This document shows positions 1-12,695 of a stretch of 64,000 bases of DNA, piece by piece. Numbering within the stretch: position 1 is the first letter of the stretch; the number at the start of each line of letters is the position of its first letter. Source of the stretch: Octopus vulgaris (taxonomy: Eukaryota); the NCBI GenBank assembly GCA_951406725.2, contig OX597814.1:75082001-75146000 (forward strand), in the 5' to 3' direction. The notes under the pieces are model-generated. The model was not told the origin of the DNA. It made no database searches and worked only from the letters and a program-made list of their open reading frames with translations. A program made the translations under genes and the position numbers.

Positions 1-502
1 AGAATGTTGCATTTCTAGTGCATCCTAATAGTTGCTTCTTACCTTTTCTTTCCATGAAAAAAAAAATCCCTAAAAATACATTATAATACTTTTTCTTGGT
101 AATTGTAACAATAGACATGATATAACACCCTCATAAATGAAAAAGCAACTCAAACTTACTATAATGGGTACCAACCTACAACTAGAAGATTGTAAATTCT
201 ATGCAATTGTTTCAATACTGTGATTGTATTGTAGCAGAAGTCCATGAAATAATTATATATGTGTTTATGCAACAACAAACAGTATGAACATGTAAGAAAA
301 ATATATTGTAATTTAATTTGTGTAAGGATCCATGATTCAGTCATAACTTTGGGTTATCAGCTAATGAGTTGCATAAATGCACATTGATTTCTCATGTGTG
401 ATATATTTCTTTAACCATGAAAAACAACAGCTGACCTTGCAAGTGTGTATGACTAAGTGGCCTTCTCACCCTTGACCAACACAACATCCAGAATGTGACA
501 GC

Positions 503-537
<35 letters not shown>

Positions 538-879
538 AGATGCACTAGTGCTCAGCTGGTATTCATTTCAGCTGAGTGGACTGGAGCAATGGGAAATGAA
601 ATACTTTGTTCAAGGACACAATACACCAGCCATTCTAGGAGTAAACACTGGTGTTTTTATGATCAACACCCTAACACCCCAACACCCTAACCACCACCTC
701 AAGCACTTTCATTTGTGATATACAGAATTGTTTTCTTATCATTGCAAACATGGTCAAGCAATTCCGACAAAGTCTCTCCACAAAAAGGAGAATTAATGAA
801 TTTTTAAGAATGGTGGTAAACATTTAAGTTATGGAGATTATACTTAGGCATGAGTTGTTGCTCTCCCTGCTCTGCTTTC

Positions 880-1292
880 CCTATAACAATGTCACTTGCT
901 CCTGGCAACTGCTCCTTGCTGAGGTTTGTATCATCTAAGAATAGATCAATTAATATTTGAGCAAGTCTTCCTCTTTTGTGTCTCCTGTGAATTGGTTCCC
1001 ACAATAGTAGCTTGTATATAACTTCCTACTTACTTCTCTAGCAATGTCTTGCAAATTGTAACTGTCTCTGAGCAATTGTAGTTGTCATCTTGAGCAAGTT
1101 TCTGTATAAATAAAAAAAAATCAAAATATCATTCTTCAGAATATCTCGTTACATGGCTCATGTACATGGAACCTGACACAAGCACTTGAGAAAAAAACTA
1201 GACAATGTTTACATTAAACTGCTTAGTGTTGTACAAAACAAACTGGCATCAATGTATTACAAATGGAAGTATATGGAAACTTGCCCAAGAAT
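880..1292. mobile_element. Degenerate RTE-type LINE C-terminal fragment, two parts in opposite orientation
   Basis: Minus 1105->880 reads NLLKMTTTIAQRQLQFARHC*...KLLLWEPIHRRHKRGR; plus 1145->1292 reads LHGSCTWNLTQALEK.LD..Y.KLL...YGNLPK with frameshifts. Confidence 0.6.
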
Positions 1293-1984
1293 TGTATTCT
1301 ACAGTAATTAATTTCCCATTTTAGTGATAATTAGTGTAACTTAGGACATTAAAGAAATGAAACTCCATGACATAAGCCAATTCAGAGAGCCAATTCTTAG
1401 TTCTCCAGTTGTCAGTGGCCACCAATGTATAATGGTAGGCTGAATAAGCAGTTTAAAATACTAAGAAGTTGGCCAAATAAAGCAATGAATTCATTAAGTT
1501 ATTCCAAGGCCTTACAGTAAATTAAAAATAAATGAATAAATAAATTAAAAATACCAGTAAAAAATTGATGAGATTTGATGCTTATTACAGAAGGGGACTA
1601 CTGAGTTTTAAAAATGGTTAAAAAATATGTAAGTAATGGGGATTATGTTCAGGTATGAGCTGTTGCTCTCCCTGCTCTGCTTTCCCTATAACTACATCAC
1701 TGGCCTGGGCCATCAGTTTCTTATCAAGTCAGTCTCTTTCAGTTTTACTGAATCCTTCAACTAATTTCTCTTTAAAAAACTGCTTAATCTGTATATTGTA
1801 CTTATTCCTGCACATAATGCTACTGCATTTACTGCTTCTTTTGTTTCTGTCTGCATACACACATCAAACTCATCACCTCCATCCAAACCTATCTCACTGT
1901 GTACACAGTTGACAAGTGTGTCAACTCTCTGATTGTTCCAATAAGATATGATAGGATTGTTTTAATGAAAAAAGAATAAAGATT

Positions 1985-2210
1985 AATACTGATTTCAAAT
2001 TTTAGCACAAGGCCAGTAATTTTTGTGCGTGTGTGTGTGTGTGTGGGGGGGTGATGTCAGTTGATTGCATCAACCCCAGTGCTCAACTAGTATTTAGGAT
2101 GAAAGGCAAAGTCAACCTTGGCAGGATTTGAACTCAGAACACAAAAGCAGATGAAATGCCATTAAGCATTTTGCCCAGTGCCCAAATGATTCTGTCAGCT
2201 CACTGCCTTA
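1985..2210 (-). mobile_element. tRNA-derived SINE, same family as the 9.9-12.7 kb array
   Basis: ggatgaaaggcaaagtcaaccttggcaggatttgaactcagaac core, ending ...cagctcactgcc. Confidence 0.8.
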
Positions 2211-2569
2211 CATACAATAAGAAATATTAAAATGTAGTCATAGTAAATTTCTAAGCAGTTCAGCAAAGCATTAGCAAAAAAAAATTCTTCTGATTCTGTA
2301 TCATGGATTGGATACTCACCCAATCTACTGGGTCTAACTAAGAGTGTATCATAACTTTCTTACCATGTTGAGACCCAGCTTTATTGGCCCAATGATGAAC
2401 TTTATATCTATCTTAGAATGTGCCTTAATATAGACAGTTGTAACTAGTACCAGTAAACTGCTTCACAACAATACACTTATCTTTAATATAGCAGAATTAT
2501 TCAAAGGTATTAAAACAACTGGAAAATGTAATGCTTGTAGGTGCCTATATTTTCAACATGTATGTATGT

Positions 2570-3399
2570 CTCTTCTATTTTTTAATTATTATAAATCTTC
2601 CACTGAGGAGGGAGCTGCTTTCCAACAAAGATACAAGGCTCCATCTTTGGTATGTAGTTAACACAGACAAATTCACTTTTGTAACTTGAGAAAAGTCTTG
2701 CATATTTTTACTGTTCCACTCACAGATTGCACTTGTAATGTATGAATCAGTTGGTCAATTTCTCTTTCTGAAAATCCCAGTTTATCTAGGTTCTCCTTTA
2801 AGCATTTACTAACAAAACCTAGTGCTCCAATTATTGGTATGGATATGAATTCATAGTTTGGATGTAGAAGCTGGAGGTTTCGAAGCAGTTGTCCATAGAT
2901 ATCCTCTTTTTCTTTGATTTTCAAAGAGATATTTATATCTGCAGGGTAGCTAATATCTATGATGGTACGTAACTTTGCCCGTCTGTCCCAAACAACAACA
3001 TCCGGCCTGTTATAGTTACATTTGACAGAAGTTTTGATGGGAATAATCCACCAGTATTCCTTGAGTTGGTGTTCATGAATGTATTCCATAACAGAGGGAT
3101 TTTCTAAGCTTGTTTCAGGACAGTCTTTTTTGTGGATTGCATTGTAAATTGTTTTAGCAACAACATCGTGTTGCATAGTGGTGTAGTACCATGACAACAT
3201 TTTAGGACAGTTACTAATCACTTGCGTGATGTCTTCCACAGAAACATGACATAGCCTACACATGCGGTTGCACCTTGGGATTACAAGAGCATCATTGTCT
3301 CTCTTGTTCACCAGGTACTTTGTAGCAATCTCCTGTTCCTGGATTGCAAATGCATAGCCTTCAAAGTGTGATGTTATGTAGTGGTCTTGTGTCCATGTT
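2570..3399 (-). mobile_element. 5'-truncated non-LTR retrotransposon with restriction-like endonuclease (R4/Dong-like)
   Basis: ORF 3' part has a zinc-knuckle-like CRLC...ISNC, HDVVAK, NRPDVVVWD...IIDISYP...KEKEDIY (PD-D/ExK); stop at 2673, then a ~100-bp 3' UTR. The ORF N-terminus is microsatellite read-through. Confidence 0.85.
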
Positions 3400-4136
3400 T
3401 GTATGTATGTATGTATGTATGCATTTATGTGTGTATGTATGTGTGTATGTGTGCATATGTGCGTGTGTGTGTGTGTGTAGGTTGAATTTGCATATATTAT
3501 CCAATGGGTATAGGTGTTGATGACTAAGATAAATGTTATTTTAATTGTCGTTAAATTGTGTTTTTTTTTTCTGGGTGTTGAGTGCAAGTTAGAAATTATT
3601 TTCACACAATAAATAGTGTCGTTTTCAGTTTCAGCATGAACACTTAGATTGTGTACCATGTCAATATAAAGAGAATGTTTATGAGAGAATTAGCAACATG
3701 ACTCAGTAACTGGTAATGTGTTTTATATAGAACATTTTGGCATATTTTTGCAGGATACAAAGCCAAAGTGGATATTGTAAAGTAACAAGTCTCTTTTGCT
3801 GATAATGTAGCATAAATTATTTAGCAAAATATGCATTTGTTTATTTCACATAAAAGCTTTAGAAAGTGCTTTGGATGTTGACAATAAAAGCAATGAAATT
3901 CTATGAAATGAAACTGTCTTCCTGATTTAGTTAATGTGAATATCTAATGTGTATATGTAAAGCAAAATTATCAATATTTCAATATAATACTTAAATTGTT
4001 TCTACTGAGTAAAAGAGATATCATCAGATATCTGCATGTTTGTAAGTTTCTATTGTTGGCAGATATAATGTTGATGTGAAAAAGAGATGAAAAGCTTCTC
4101 TCAGATAAGCTGTTTTTATTTCTATAAAACAATGTT

Positions 4137-4180
<44 letters not shown>

Positions 4181-4576
4181 GGTTTGGAGATGATGTACAG
4201 GTATTATATATTAGAAGAAATGAAGTATTCAGAAATCTGGATGGTTTTATATTTACAGATATTTATTAGTATGTTACAGGTTTTTATAAATCATATATCA
4301 TATATTAGCGCTTTTGTCCATATAAAACCATCAAGATTTCTGAGTACTTCATTTCTTCTAATATAAAAAAAATATATATATACTTCAGCAATGTAACTAC
4401 ACACATGCTGTTGGCAATTTCTTTTCCTTCTTTGGACTTTCCCTTTCACCTCTCCAATGAAAAGCTATGCTTGAAACATCAAACTCTCTCTTTTTACTGA
4501 GCATCTAACTAATACATTTCTTGTGCACATCCTCTTGTCTGTTTTTCATTATTCATTTATTTGAATTGACTATATA

Positions 4577-5445
4577 CAGGGTGCGGTGACTATATTGTTG
4601 TCTAAATTATGCAAACATGAAAATAACACTGACATCTCATTTTAACAGATATATTTCCCAAAATTACATAAAAATATCTTGAAATACTAAAGAGTAAACT
4701 TATTCAATAAAATTGCCATTTACTTCAACCATGGCCTTCAGACGACTTTGATGTCTCCTGCAACTCTTCTGGATGGTCTCCTTGTTTAAGTTGGTGAATG
4801 CTGCCATAATCCTTGCCTTCACTTCATCTTTGGTGTTACAAGGAGTTTTGTTGGTCTCTCACTCAACTTCACCCCACACATAATAATCAAGGGGGTTACA
4901 GTCTGGGGAGTTAGGTGGCCAGATGTTAGGGGTGTTGTGGTCACAGAAATTGTCTGACAGTCATGACTGGTTTCTCCTGCTTGTGCAGCATGGTGCAGAG
5001 TCCTGTTGCCAGACATAGGATCTTCCAGCAGCCACCCTATTGACCCAGGGCAGCACTATCTCCTGCAGGCACTTGATGTAGGCCTCCATGTTCAGTCTGA
5101 AGCCATGTGGGAAGATGAATGGAGGCATAACATCACCATCATTAGTGATCACTCCAAACACCATGATGTTGACTGGATGTTTGATTTTTATCCCTCTTGG
5201 TACATGTCCTCAGATTGACATCCAAGCACTCTGAAATGTTCATACTGGAGCTTCTGGTGCAAAAGCCAAGTAGTACAGCATGTTGCTTCCAAATTTCTGG
5301 TAGAGTGAATTGCGGCATGGTGCTGTTTTTCTCATGGATGGTGCCCAAGTGACCCTACTATACTGTGTAGTTGACAAAATCTAAAACCATGTGCATGTGT
5401 AAAATTAAAAATATAAAATGGCAACAATTTACCCATCACACCCTG
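4577..5445 (-). mobile_element. Tc1/mariner relic (maT/DD37D-like), internally deleted
   Basis: TA|CAGGGTG...CACCCTG|TA termini; frameshifted VMVFGVITNDGDVMPPFIF..., WQQDSAP and WPPNSPDCNPLDYYVWG. Confidence 0.85.
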
Positions 5446-6789
5446 TATATATACATAAAATTTTATTTTATTTACAGACAGTTTTTTCAAAGGGATTGTA
5501 TCTATCGTTAATTGAAATCAGCAGATTTCTATGAAATATATCTTTTATTTTTAATTTCTATAAAATATTTTATATGTCAAAATTTATATTTTATATCAAT
5601 ATCTTATATGTCAGAATTTAACTCTCTTTCAGCACAACATTGATCACATCTGCCTTTACTCGATTGATTTTTTAACTCAGTATTTATTTAATGCTTTGAT
5701 TTATAATTGATGATAAATTCTTTGATGTAAGAAATTTGAAATTTTTCCACTTGTTTTATTGTTTAAAGCTGCTCATTTGTACAAAACAATAATTTTATAA
5801 AAGTAGATTCTTATCACTTGTAAAAGTAGTAAAATTATGGTTTTCATTACAAAATAATATTTTAGGCAGCAGACAGAATTGTTAGTGTTATCATAGTCTG
5901 AAAGTTATGGTCTGGTCTGTGGTAGTGACTGGTTGAGTTGATGAATGAGAATATGCTTCTTGGGCTGCATATAGAAGCAAATGAATAACACTTGTGAAAA
6001 TTTCACAGATCCAATTATCGCACATAAAGACACTGTGCTGGCTTTTTACAGATAACAACAGCAATAATTTTATAGTGGAACAGAGATACTGCTTGGAGTT
6101 GTTGGTTAGCTGTTGATATGGCTGTTACATGGTAGCAGGGCATGCTAGAAATAGCAGCCAAATCTATCCTTTCCTGGAAAAGGAGCCATTTATGCATGAT
6201 TTCGATATCGCATTTGTTAAAAGCATACAAAATAACCAGGAAAAGGAAAAAAAACCTGCAAAACAAAACTCCCTTGGTGGGAAACTTTGAGGTCCTCATC
6301 ACCCCTCCCACCTTTCATTTTCAGAAAAAAGTGGCTTGCAGCAGGTTTGGAGGTCAGATATGTTGAATGCACTTGAAAAAACTGTGGAAAAAATTTTTCC
6401 ACACCAAGGTACAAAATATTTACTGAAAGCATATACTGATTATACCTGTATTTTAATTAATTCAAATTAATGTACCTCATCTTGAAAAGGGGCAACATTT
6501 TTGTCGCTTGCCATCTGGGATAATTTTAGTAACAAATCAAACAGGTAAGATGCATTGAGAATTTCAATTTTAGTGTTTATCCATAATGTTAATGCTTTTA
6601 CACCTGTTAATTAGATTTACCTGCCCATAAAAGTCAGATTTATTTAGCAAGATCAGCTAAAATTATGTAACTATAAAACAGTGGTATATAAAACACCCAC
6701 TGACAAAATTTCAAATCTGTATGTAAAAAATTTGCAAAGTTATAAGAAAATAATGTGGACACCCCTCTTGAACCTGAATAATTCAAAAT

Positions 6790-7155
6790 AACATGAACAA
6801 CACTAAGCACCTCTTCAAACTCCACCCATCTAACACCCGTGGACATATTTACAAAGTAAGAAAACAGCACAGCTCCCATGACTTCAGGAAACATTTTTTC
6901 ACACTGAGAGTTGCTGAAGCGTGGAACAAACTGCTGGCATCGGTTGTTAGTTGTTGGAGCACTGCATCCTTCAAGACTTCCATGCTTCCTGAGATTCGCC
7001 AACACTATACTTGCTTTTCTCCCCTCCATACACACACAAGCATGTTCACTTTCCAGACATTTCTACATTACTGCATGTACTTTATATGCACTTTCTGACA
7101 AGTTGTGGTGCACCTGAGCACTGTATACAATAATTTCATTATTATCATTATTATT
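6790..7155 (+). mobile_element. CR1-type LINE 3' end
   Basis: TRGHIYKVRKQHSSHDFRKHFFTLRVAEAWNKL..SVV...STASFK, a typical CR1 ORF2 C-terminus, followed by UTR and (ATT)n tail. Confidence 0.8.
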
Positions 7156-9879
7156 TAAATAAGCATTACATTTGACAGATTAATATGAACACTTAAGATG
7201 TATTTAGGTGTCTTTTTTTCTTACATACATAACACGGCCTTGCTCGGTTGGAACTACATGTGTTACTTTGACATCATTCCATAACATTTGTTTATGAGGA
7301 GTAAAATACTGAAAAATAGCAATAGATGTGTGAGTGAGAAAGAAATGAGGAAAGAGGTTTTAGGATGTGCTAGAAACAACAGCCAGATCTTCCTTAAATC
7401 ACACATTTTTCTCTGAAATTATTAACAATTTTTTTGAAATCGAAAATGTTTCTCTCAAGGGTTTTAAGTATATAGTGAAAAAACAAAAAAGACCAAAATC
7501 GTTTTGGACTTGGGTGGTGGTGTGGCGGGAATGAAAAAAAAAAATCAAAAAATTTTTTTTGTGAAAAGATGCCTTGCATCATCCTGAAGACTTTGGTGAA
7601 AAACATTGGGAAAAATCCCCATCAAAGCAGAGAAATTCTAACTTATGTGGGCTGTCTGTTTTACTGAAACTAATCCCACCCGCCCACTTTGAAAAATTTT
7701 GCAATCTATACCGTTTGAAAAGTATTTGTATAAAATTTCAATAAAAAATACCTATTTTCTAGAAAGTTATGAGGGGGGAAAATGTCGGGTCCTGTGAATT
7801 TTCTGAAACTCCTCACCCCAACCCCTCGGAAAATTTTTTACAACAAATCTTTACATACATTCAATCTACAGGATATAAGCGATTATTTGGTGAAAGTTTC
7901 ATTAAAAGGTATTCATTTTTCTGGAAGCTATGAAGCAACAAAGTAGGTGGGGTATTAAACTGTAGTTATGCCTTTTTTCAATAAAAGTTAACGTTAACTT
8001 CCATTATATTTTCAAAGAATTAACAGATTAACGATTAATGAAGTTAACATTTTGAGTAACAGATTAACGAAGTTAGCTTTCGATTAATGGTGCCCACCTA
8101 TATATATATATATATATATGTAAAAGGTTCTAAGTTGATTTATGCAATTGTTTAATTCAGTATAATTATTAGAAAAAATGAATTTAGTAGGTTTGATCAT
8201 ACACTTATTGAAAGATGTTTTCAAGCGATTTTGAAGGGGAGAAATGTATGATTTTAACACATGTAAATATAATGTGGTAAATATACTGGAATAAAGTATA
8301 AAACCATAAATTTATCATATATACACTATGTTATGTGAATAATACCTTTCAAAATTACCCCATTTCAAGATATAGAGTTGTATACATTGTAACAACAGAA
8401 TTGCCATACAACATGAAAAACTTGTATTTTTGGCTGTGGTGTTTTGTGTTACCACTTAAAGCTACCAGTTTGATACACTATCTCTATAGTTTTGTTGTCA
8501 TCTACCCATTGCAAATAACCAACATGCTGAGAGTTTAACATTCCTTTCAGCTTTCTGGGAGAATATTTCTTTAGATAATTAACAAAATCATTCTTAAAGG
8601 TAACACAGTCATTAAATAATGTAAGAAATTATTCAGTTTACACTAATGGGCTCTGATAGCGTGGCTTGTTTTCAGTCTTTTATTGTTAGCAACAATTATT
8701 GTGCCTAGCAGACATATGATTATCAGGCTCTCAAGCCTACGGCACTCAGTGTTCCATCCACAATACAGTCACATTACACACATGGCAATTTTTTGATATA
8801 TCAAAAAAAAAAAAAATTGCGTATTATATTCCGTTAAGTCCATGAAGGGTAAATAACTCTGTAAAAGGACATAACTCTGGTAAACTTGAAAACATTTGAT
8901 GAATATATATAACGGTCCAGATAACATTTTCGCGGTGGGGGTCACAGAATAATCGCACTCCGAAGAATGAAATTCGTAAAAAGAGCAAAGGTAAAATTTT
9001 ACGGCTTTGGCTATCATCACCATCATCATTTGACGTCCGCTTTCCATAACTGAAAGATCTTATTTTCAGTGTTTGTTTAAAAATTTAAACAAAATCTAAT
9101 TCCTTATTGAGTTTTCTGTTTCCTTAATATTCCTAATATGTAATTAAAATATTCAAAAATTTTCTTTTAAATTACATTTTTGATAATTATTTCCGAGCTA
9201 TTTGGTATATATTTTAGATTTAAATAAATCTATCTTTTTAATAAATGTTCTATTTTTGCATGTATAACATACAATTAAAAAATGAATAGAAGAACAGTGC
9301 CTATGACCTTCACAGATCCTTTCAGTTTGCTGAGATTGATGTGGTTCATGTCCAGCTTGAATATCTGCAGTAGAATGTCTGTGAAAAGTAGTTAGGATGT
9401 TGGGCAGAGTGTTTTGTGGTACTTGCTACAGCTCTTTATACTCTGAGTACAAATCCTACCAGGGTTAAATATATTTTTGATTCTTGATAAATGAAATTTC
9501 AGTCCAATATGAGTGTTGATTCTTCCTTCTTTCTTTCTGAAAAAAAATTGACTAAAATCAAAGTTGGAGAGGAATGAGTTCCACCAGATATGAAATGCCC
9601 AAGACACACTATACGTCATGACAATACTCCTACGACTCTGTCAGGAGTCAAAGGACAACCAACTCCTTTGTGTGTAGCAGCATCTCATAGACATTGGCTT
9701 CCTTGGCAATCTTTACATGTTTCACTCATAACATACACACATGGGCTTTGGCACAGTTTCTAAATAACTGAGCCCTTGTACCAGACAAAAACAAAACAAA
9801 ACAAATCATACAAATACCTATTTTGTAATTTTTATTTTACCCCCAAATTTTCTAAACATTTTAGTCCATTATATCAAAT

Positions 9880-12695
9880 TAATAATAATCCTTTCTACTA
9901 AAGACACAAAGCCTGAAATTTGTGGGGAGAGGACTAGGTGATTACATTGACTTCAGTGTTTCACTGGTGCTTAATTTATTGACCCCTTAAGGATGAAAGG
10001 TAAAGTTGAACTTGGTGGAATTTGAACTCAGAACGTGAATACAGTCAAAATGCTGCTAAGCATTTTGTCCAGTGTACTGTCTTAATAATAATTTCAAATA
10101 TTGGCACAGTGCAAGAAAATTCAGGGGAGGGGGCTAGTGGAAAACATCAACCTCAGTATTCAACTTGTACTCATTTTATTGACACCAAAAAGGATGAAAA
10201 GCAAAGTCAACGTTGGCGGAATTTGAACTCTGAACATAAAGACGGATGAAATATCACTAAGCATTTTGCCTGACATGCTAACAGTTCTGCCAGCTCACTG
10301 CCTTAATAATAATCCTGCCTACTATAGGCATAAGGCCTGGAATTTGTGGGGAGAGGGATAGTCGGTCATGTTGACTCCAAAAGTATGAAAGGTAAAGTCA
10401 ACCTTGGTGGAATTCGAATGCAGAATGTAGAGACTGGTGAAATACCGCTAAGCATTATGTCCAGTGTGGTAACAATTCTGGCAACTCACTTTCATAATAA
10501 TCCTTTCTAATAAAGGCATAAAGCCTGAAATTTGGGGGAAGGGAACTAGTTGATTAGATCATCACAAGTGTTTCCCTGGTGCTTAATTCATCAACCCTGA
10601 AAGGATGAAAGGCAAAGTTGACCTTGGTGGAATTTGAACTCAGAATGTGAAGACAGTCGAAATGCTGCTAAGCATTTTGCCCAGCATGCTTATGATTCTT
10701 TCTAATTTTTAGCACAAGGTTAACAATTTTAGTGAGAGTTGATTACATCAACTGTGCTCAACTGGTACTTAGTTTATGAACTCTGAAAGGATAAAAGGCA
10801 AACAGCTTTGATGAGATCTCATCTCAGAACAAAAAGAGCTTAGAGAAATGCCATCAAACATTTTGTCTGGTGAGCTAACAATTCTGCCAGCTTGTCACAT
10901 TCATAAATAATTGTTTCTATTAAAGGCACACGGTGTGAAATTTTGAGGGAAGAGACAAATCAATTACATTGACCTCGAAAGGATGAGAGGCGAAGTTCAC
11001 CTTGGCAGAATTTGAACTCAGAATGTAAAGATGGATGAAATGCTGCTAAGCATTTTGCCTGGCATGCTAACCATTCTGCCAGCTCACTGTGGAAATAATA
11101 ATGATTCAAGTTTTGGCAGAAGGCCAGCAAGTTTGGGGGAGGGGTTAAGTCAATTACATCAACCTCATTGCTCAACTGGTAATTATTTTATCGACCCTGA
11201 AATTAATGAAAGGCAAAGTTGATCTTAGCAGAATTTGAAATCAAAATGTAAAGCAGGAAGAAATGATGCTAAGTATTTTGCCTGGTATGCTAATAATTCT
11301 GCTAGCTCACCACCATTGGCTTCAAATTTTTGGCCCAAGGCCAGCAATATTGAGCAAGAAATTAAGTGGATTACCTCTACTGCTGCACCAAGCTGTTAAT
11401 TATTTTAATGACTCCAAAAAGATGAAAGCAAAAGTCAACCTTAGTGGGATTTGAATCAGAACGTAAAGCCAGACAAAATGCAGCTAAGCATCAACCCTAG
11501 TAATAAACTGGTACTTATTTTATCGGTCCTAAAAGGATGAAAGGCAAAGTACACCTTAGCAGCATTTGAACTCAGAACATCATGAAAGACGAAATGCTGC
11601 TAAGCATTTTATCTGGTGTGTTAATATTTCTGCCAACACTCAGTTATTCACTGCAACTTATTGAACCTTGGAAACTGAAAGGCTAAGTTGACCTCAGAAC
11701 ATACAGGATTCAGGTATTTTGTCTAATGCTTTACAGATTTTGGCATCTATCACCCCTAAAATAATTGAAGTTGTTCCAATTTTAGAATATGTACAGGAAG
11801 AGTTAGTTTAAAAATTATGAATAAAGATAAATAATTATGATATCTTTCATTGGTACAATGTTGTAAAGTTATAGGGAGCAAGGAAATGGCTGGCTGAATC
11901 AACTTCTTTATAACCTATTTAAAACCTATTCTACCACCATTGGAAGAATAAAAGGCAAAATTAGCCCTGGTGAGACATGTTCTGAAAGAAACTAAGAGAT
12001 ATGTAACTAGATACTGCTAGACATTTTGTTCAGCCCTTTATCAATTCCACCATCCACTGGAACTTTATGGTAATTGCAAGGTCACTGATGTGGAAAGAGG
12101 AATTAGTCAAAATCAATCTCAGTATTTGACTGCTGCTTTAATTTCTAAATCATAGACAGATTAAAGATGAAGTTGTCCTCAGCAGGATTTGAACTCAGAA
12201 AGTAAAAAGTCAAAACTAATACTGCAAGGCATTTTACTTGACACTCTAATGATTCTGCCAATCCACTTTCCTCTTTGTGTTAATAATTGTTTAAAATTTT
12301 AGCACAAAGCCAGCAATTAGGGAGTGATTTATCAATCCAAGTACCTGACATTATTTTATCAACCCTGAAAGAATGAAAGGCAAGGAAAGTTGACCTCAAC
12401 AGCATTTGAACTCAGAATGTAAAGAACAAGAATAAATACTATTAAGCATTTTGTCTGACTTGATAAGAATTATGCCAGCTCATCACCTTTTTCATACTGA
12501 TTAATAATATTGGTTTCAAATTTTGGCATAAGGCCAGCGACCTTGGGGTATGGAGTTAAGTCAATTATATTGACCCTGAAAGCATGAAAGCAAAGTTGGC
12601 CTTGGCAGAATCCAAACTCAGAACATAAAGTAGGAAGAAATGCTGTTGAGCATCATGCCTGTCATGCTAGTGATTCTCCTAACTTGCTGCCTTAA
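9880..12695 (-). repeat. Tandem head-to-tail array of ~14 diverged tRNA-derived SINE copies
   Basis: The aaggatgaaaggcaaagt...gaatttgaactcagaa...ctaagcattttg unit recurs about every 200 bp (B-box-like GAGTTCAAAT on minus), separated by (AAT)n; dispersed copies near 25570, 27490, 40760, 41970. Confidence 0.85.

Noticed and set aside
9880-12695. CRISPR-like or tRNA-gene-cluster appearance of the array
   Set aside because: Eukaryotic context; ~200-bp diverged units with dispersed paralogs; no unique spacers, cas genes or cloverleaf
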